Source: Carcharhinus longimanus (Eukaryota). Taken from it: DNA of 64,000 nt. The stretch spans positions 4,119,376-4,183,375 of the forward strand of contig JASCQW010000032.1 of the NCBI GenBank assembly GCA_030264375.1. Reading direction: 5' to 3'. The translations under genes and the position numbers were made by a program. Of this stretch, positions 61,613 through 64,000 are shown piece by piece; the first letter of the stretch is position 1; every line of letters starts with the position of its first letter. Below the pieces are notes generated by a model. That model was not told where the DNA came from. It did not search any database and saw only the letters and a program-made list of their open reading frames with translations.

Positions 61613-62345
61613 GTAAGTACAAAGTTTCTCTGAAATTTCCGTAAATTATCAATTTTGTTTTTGTGGTGTTGAATTTCATTTTGGAAAAGAGTTAATAGTT
61701 CTAGCAGTAAACAAACATAATTGCTATTCTGAGACTAATTGGTTTGCAGTGTTTAGTGAAACCATGTTAAAAGTGCAGTGCTCTGCACAATGGTTTGGAT
61801 TTAGAGGAGTTGCAGTTTGTGGAAAATCTTATCTGCTTCAGTCAGCAGTTGGGTTGTGTGCTTTTATTACTGGATATATGGGCTTTAAATTTGCATTAGT
61901 AAATGCCTTAATCTAGCTAGGATTTAATTTACATGCTAATAAAAGTATCCAAATAGAATTATGCACTTTAAACAATCATGAACTCTTCAACCATATTTCA
62001 TGTCAACGCCACTTGTACATATTTTATTGTAATTTGAGGTAATCTTTTCTAATATGTCAGAACTAGAGAGACATTATTTTTCATCAATTGATTGCTACCT
62101 CTACCATATTGTTAAGAGTTACATCTTATCCATCTTGCAGCTGAACTTGCAGGACCATTCTTAGATGAAGATAATTACTTTTTGAGCACTCAATTATCAG
62201 AATATACCAGAGGGAAGTTTTAGAGGAAAGTCACATACCTTCCTGTTGAAATTTGAAATAGTTAAGCTTAAACTGTTACCTTATTTTAAAGGTGGCACAT
62301 TAAGCTTCCCAAAATCTCATTTACCACAGATTGCACTTTGAAGTC

Positions 62346-62620
62346 ATAAGAACATAAGAAATAGGAGCAGGAGTAGGCCATCTAGCCCTTCGAACNNNNN
62401 NNNNNNNNNNNNNNNNNNNNNNNNNNNNNNNNNNNNNNNNNNNNNNNNNNNNNNNNNNNNNNNNNNNNNNNNNNNNNNNNNNNNNNNNNNNNNNNCCTAT
62501 CTAGATCCTTCTGTAGACTCTCCACACCCTCCGCACAATTTGCCTTTCCTCCAATCTTGGTGTCATCAGCAAGTTTCGGCACCCTACACTCAGTTCCCTC
62601 CTCCAGATCATCTATATAAA
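62346..62620 (-). mobile_element. Young CR1 LINE collapsed across a gap (3' tail plus RT core)
   Basis: cataagaacataagaaataggagcaggagtaggcca tail; IYIDDLEEGTECRVPKLADDTKIGG. Confidence 0.88.
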
Positions 62621-63457
62621 TGGAGTTCACTTGTGTGGAAATTTGATTAGTTCTGCAAAGAGGTAATTTAGTATCGGCCGTCATATTCATTCACTAATTA
62701 AAGCAACAGACACCATAGACCACAAAATCCTGGAAAAATAAAAACCAATGATATCCATTGCAGCTGTAACAATCCCCATAAAGACTGATAATTTTTAAAA
62801 AGAGATGTATTTCTTGGCCACTGACGGAAAGAATGACAAAAGCTGTTTCCAACTCGGAGTCTCTGTCTAAGAGTTTATCTCCAGCAAGACCAACTGCTGC
62901 TGCCTTTTGTGTCAAGGTGTGAAAACTGGCGCTTGAATTTCTGTGGGATTTGACCTGGGCCTCTGTCCCATGATGACCAATTCACGTGGTTTCAGCATAC
63001 ACAATTCCAGAACGTTAAGTTTTATCGTGTATTAAAGGAGATGATTTAAAACATAAATGCCTTAAAAACTCATAACATCATCTTTATCATTTCACAGATT
63101 TCCCTTCCCCATACCCTTTTAATCTCTACTCTTCTTTGGGAGAGGAAAGTTAACTGATGCTCTTTGTGCTCCTGCATGAGCACATCTACAAATGCCTAAA
63201 CACTGTTTGTGACATACTGTCCAAGAACTTGCGTGGGATGGAATTGAAAGTCCCTAGGAATTTAGTTAGATTGCTGTTGGATTAGTATTTGTTGGTACCA
63301 GACTGTTTGGAGCAGTTATGTTTAAGTATTGGTTGGTACATGATGTTTCTTTCTTAGCTCAGAATCCATAGAAGTTAATGAGAATCTAGATGGTGTCGCC
63401 TAGCTCATGACAGTGAGATGGTAGCAGTGATTATGTCACGGAATGTAATTGGAGTTG

Positions 63458-63648
63458 ATAGAATCCCTATAACGCAGAAGGTGGCCGTTTGATCCATCGA
63501 ATCTACCGACTTTCCGACACAGCATTTTACCCAGGCCCTGTCCTGTAACCCCACGTATTTATCCCACTAATTCCCCTAATCTATACATCTTGGGATGCTA
63601 AGGGACAATTTAGCATGGCCAAACCACCTAACCTGCGTATATTTGGAT
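63458..63648 (-). mobile_element. HE1/V-SINE-type SINE, 3' half
   Basis: atagaatccctataacgcagaagg tail; caatttagcatggccaaaccacctaacctgc core. Confidence 0.8.
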
Positions 63649-63859
63649 TAAAATCAACAATCGTGATTCTTCTACAGTTGCTGCTTCTGTATTTGGTTAT
63701 AGCCTTTCTCAGCAAATGGCATTTATACTATTTTACTTCAGGAGCAGGGAAACTGGAACATTTAGCGAGATACATTACTCGTTGGGAAACTTGTTAGCGT
63801 TAAATGCATTTTGAATTATTTTAGCCTTTATGTAATTAAAGCAAATAATTATTTTGCAG

Positions 63860-63932
63860 GGTCATTCAAATGTAAAACTTCAGTTAGCTGCTACTTTTTG
63901 TATATCTAATCTTATATGGAGTGAAGAGGAAG
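63860..63932 (+). CDS. ARMC8: ARMC8 exon (~20): [24 protein letters not shown](G)
   Basis: tgcag acceptor, gtaagg donor; 73 nt, ends phase 1; gene continues beyond the window. Confidence 0.96.
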
Positions 63933-64000
63933 GTAAGGGCATCAGTAGTTTCCTTCGAGTTTATATAATTGTTTTCTTGTAATTTGGATACTATTACAGA

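Noticed and set aside
16599-64000. Antisense NME9-like gene (NME9 overlaps ARMC8 in human)
   Set aside because: No WCGPC thioredoxin or NDK (IKPDA, HGSD) motif in the minus-strand translations I could inspect; the CGPL at ~37660 is too weak. A TBLASTN would be needed to exclude short exons.

Overview
Eukaryotic, intron-rich vertebrate DNA from a gapped draft assembly. The repeat content (HE1/V-SINE-type SINEs, DeuSINE-like SINEs, CR1/L2 LINEs, Penelope-type ends) points to a shark; that is recognition from memory, not a database result. The whole window lies inside one + strand gene, ARMC8 (GID5 orthologue, a scaffold subunit of the CTLH/GID E3 ligase). Sixteen GT-AG coding exons (1904-63932) splice in frame into 1557 nt (about 519 codons), probably exons 5-20 of 22 by human numbering; the start and stop codons lie outside the window. 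Almost all ORFs in the supplied track are spurious or repeat-derived. Main points: (1) an intronic read-through tail [21 protein letters not shown] with a downstream AATAAA, matching the short mammalian ARMC8-beta isoform; (2) a decayed endogenous-retrovirus env gene with polypurine tract and 3' LTR but no visible gag/pol; (3) a near-perfect 149-nt hairpin just upstream of exon 11; (4) a 68-bp Penelope-type insertion with a 5' inversion and 14-bp target-site duplication. No prokaryote-type systems (CRISPR, operons, rRNA, tRNA genes) are supported.
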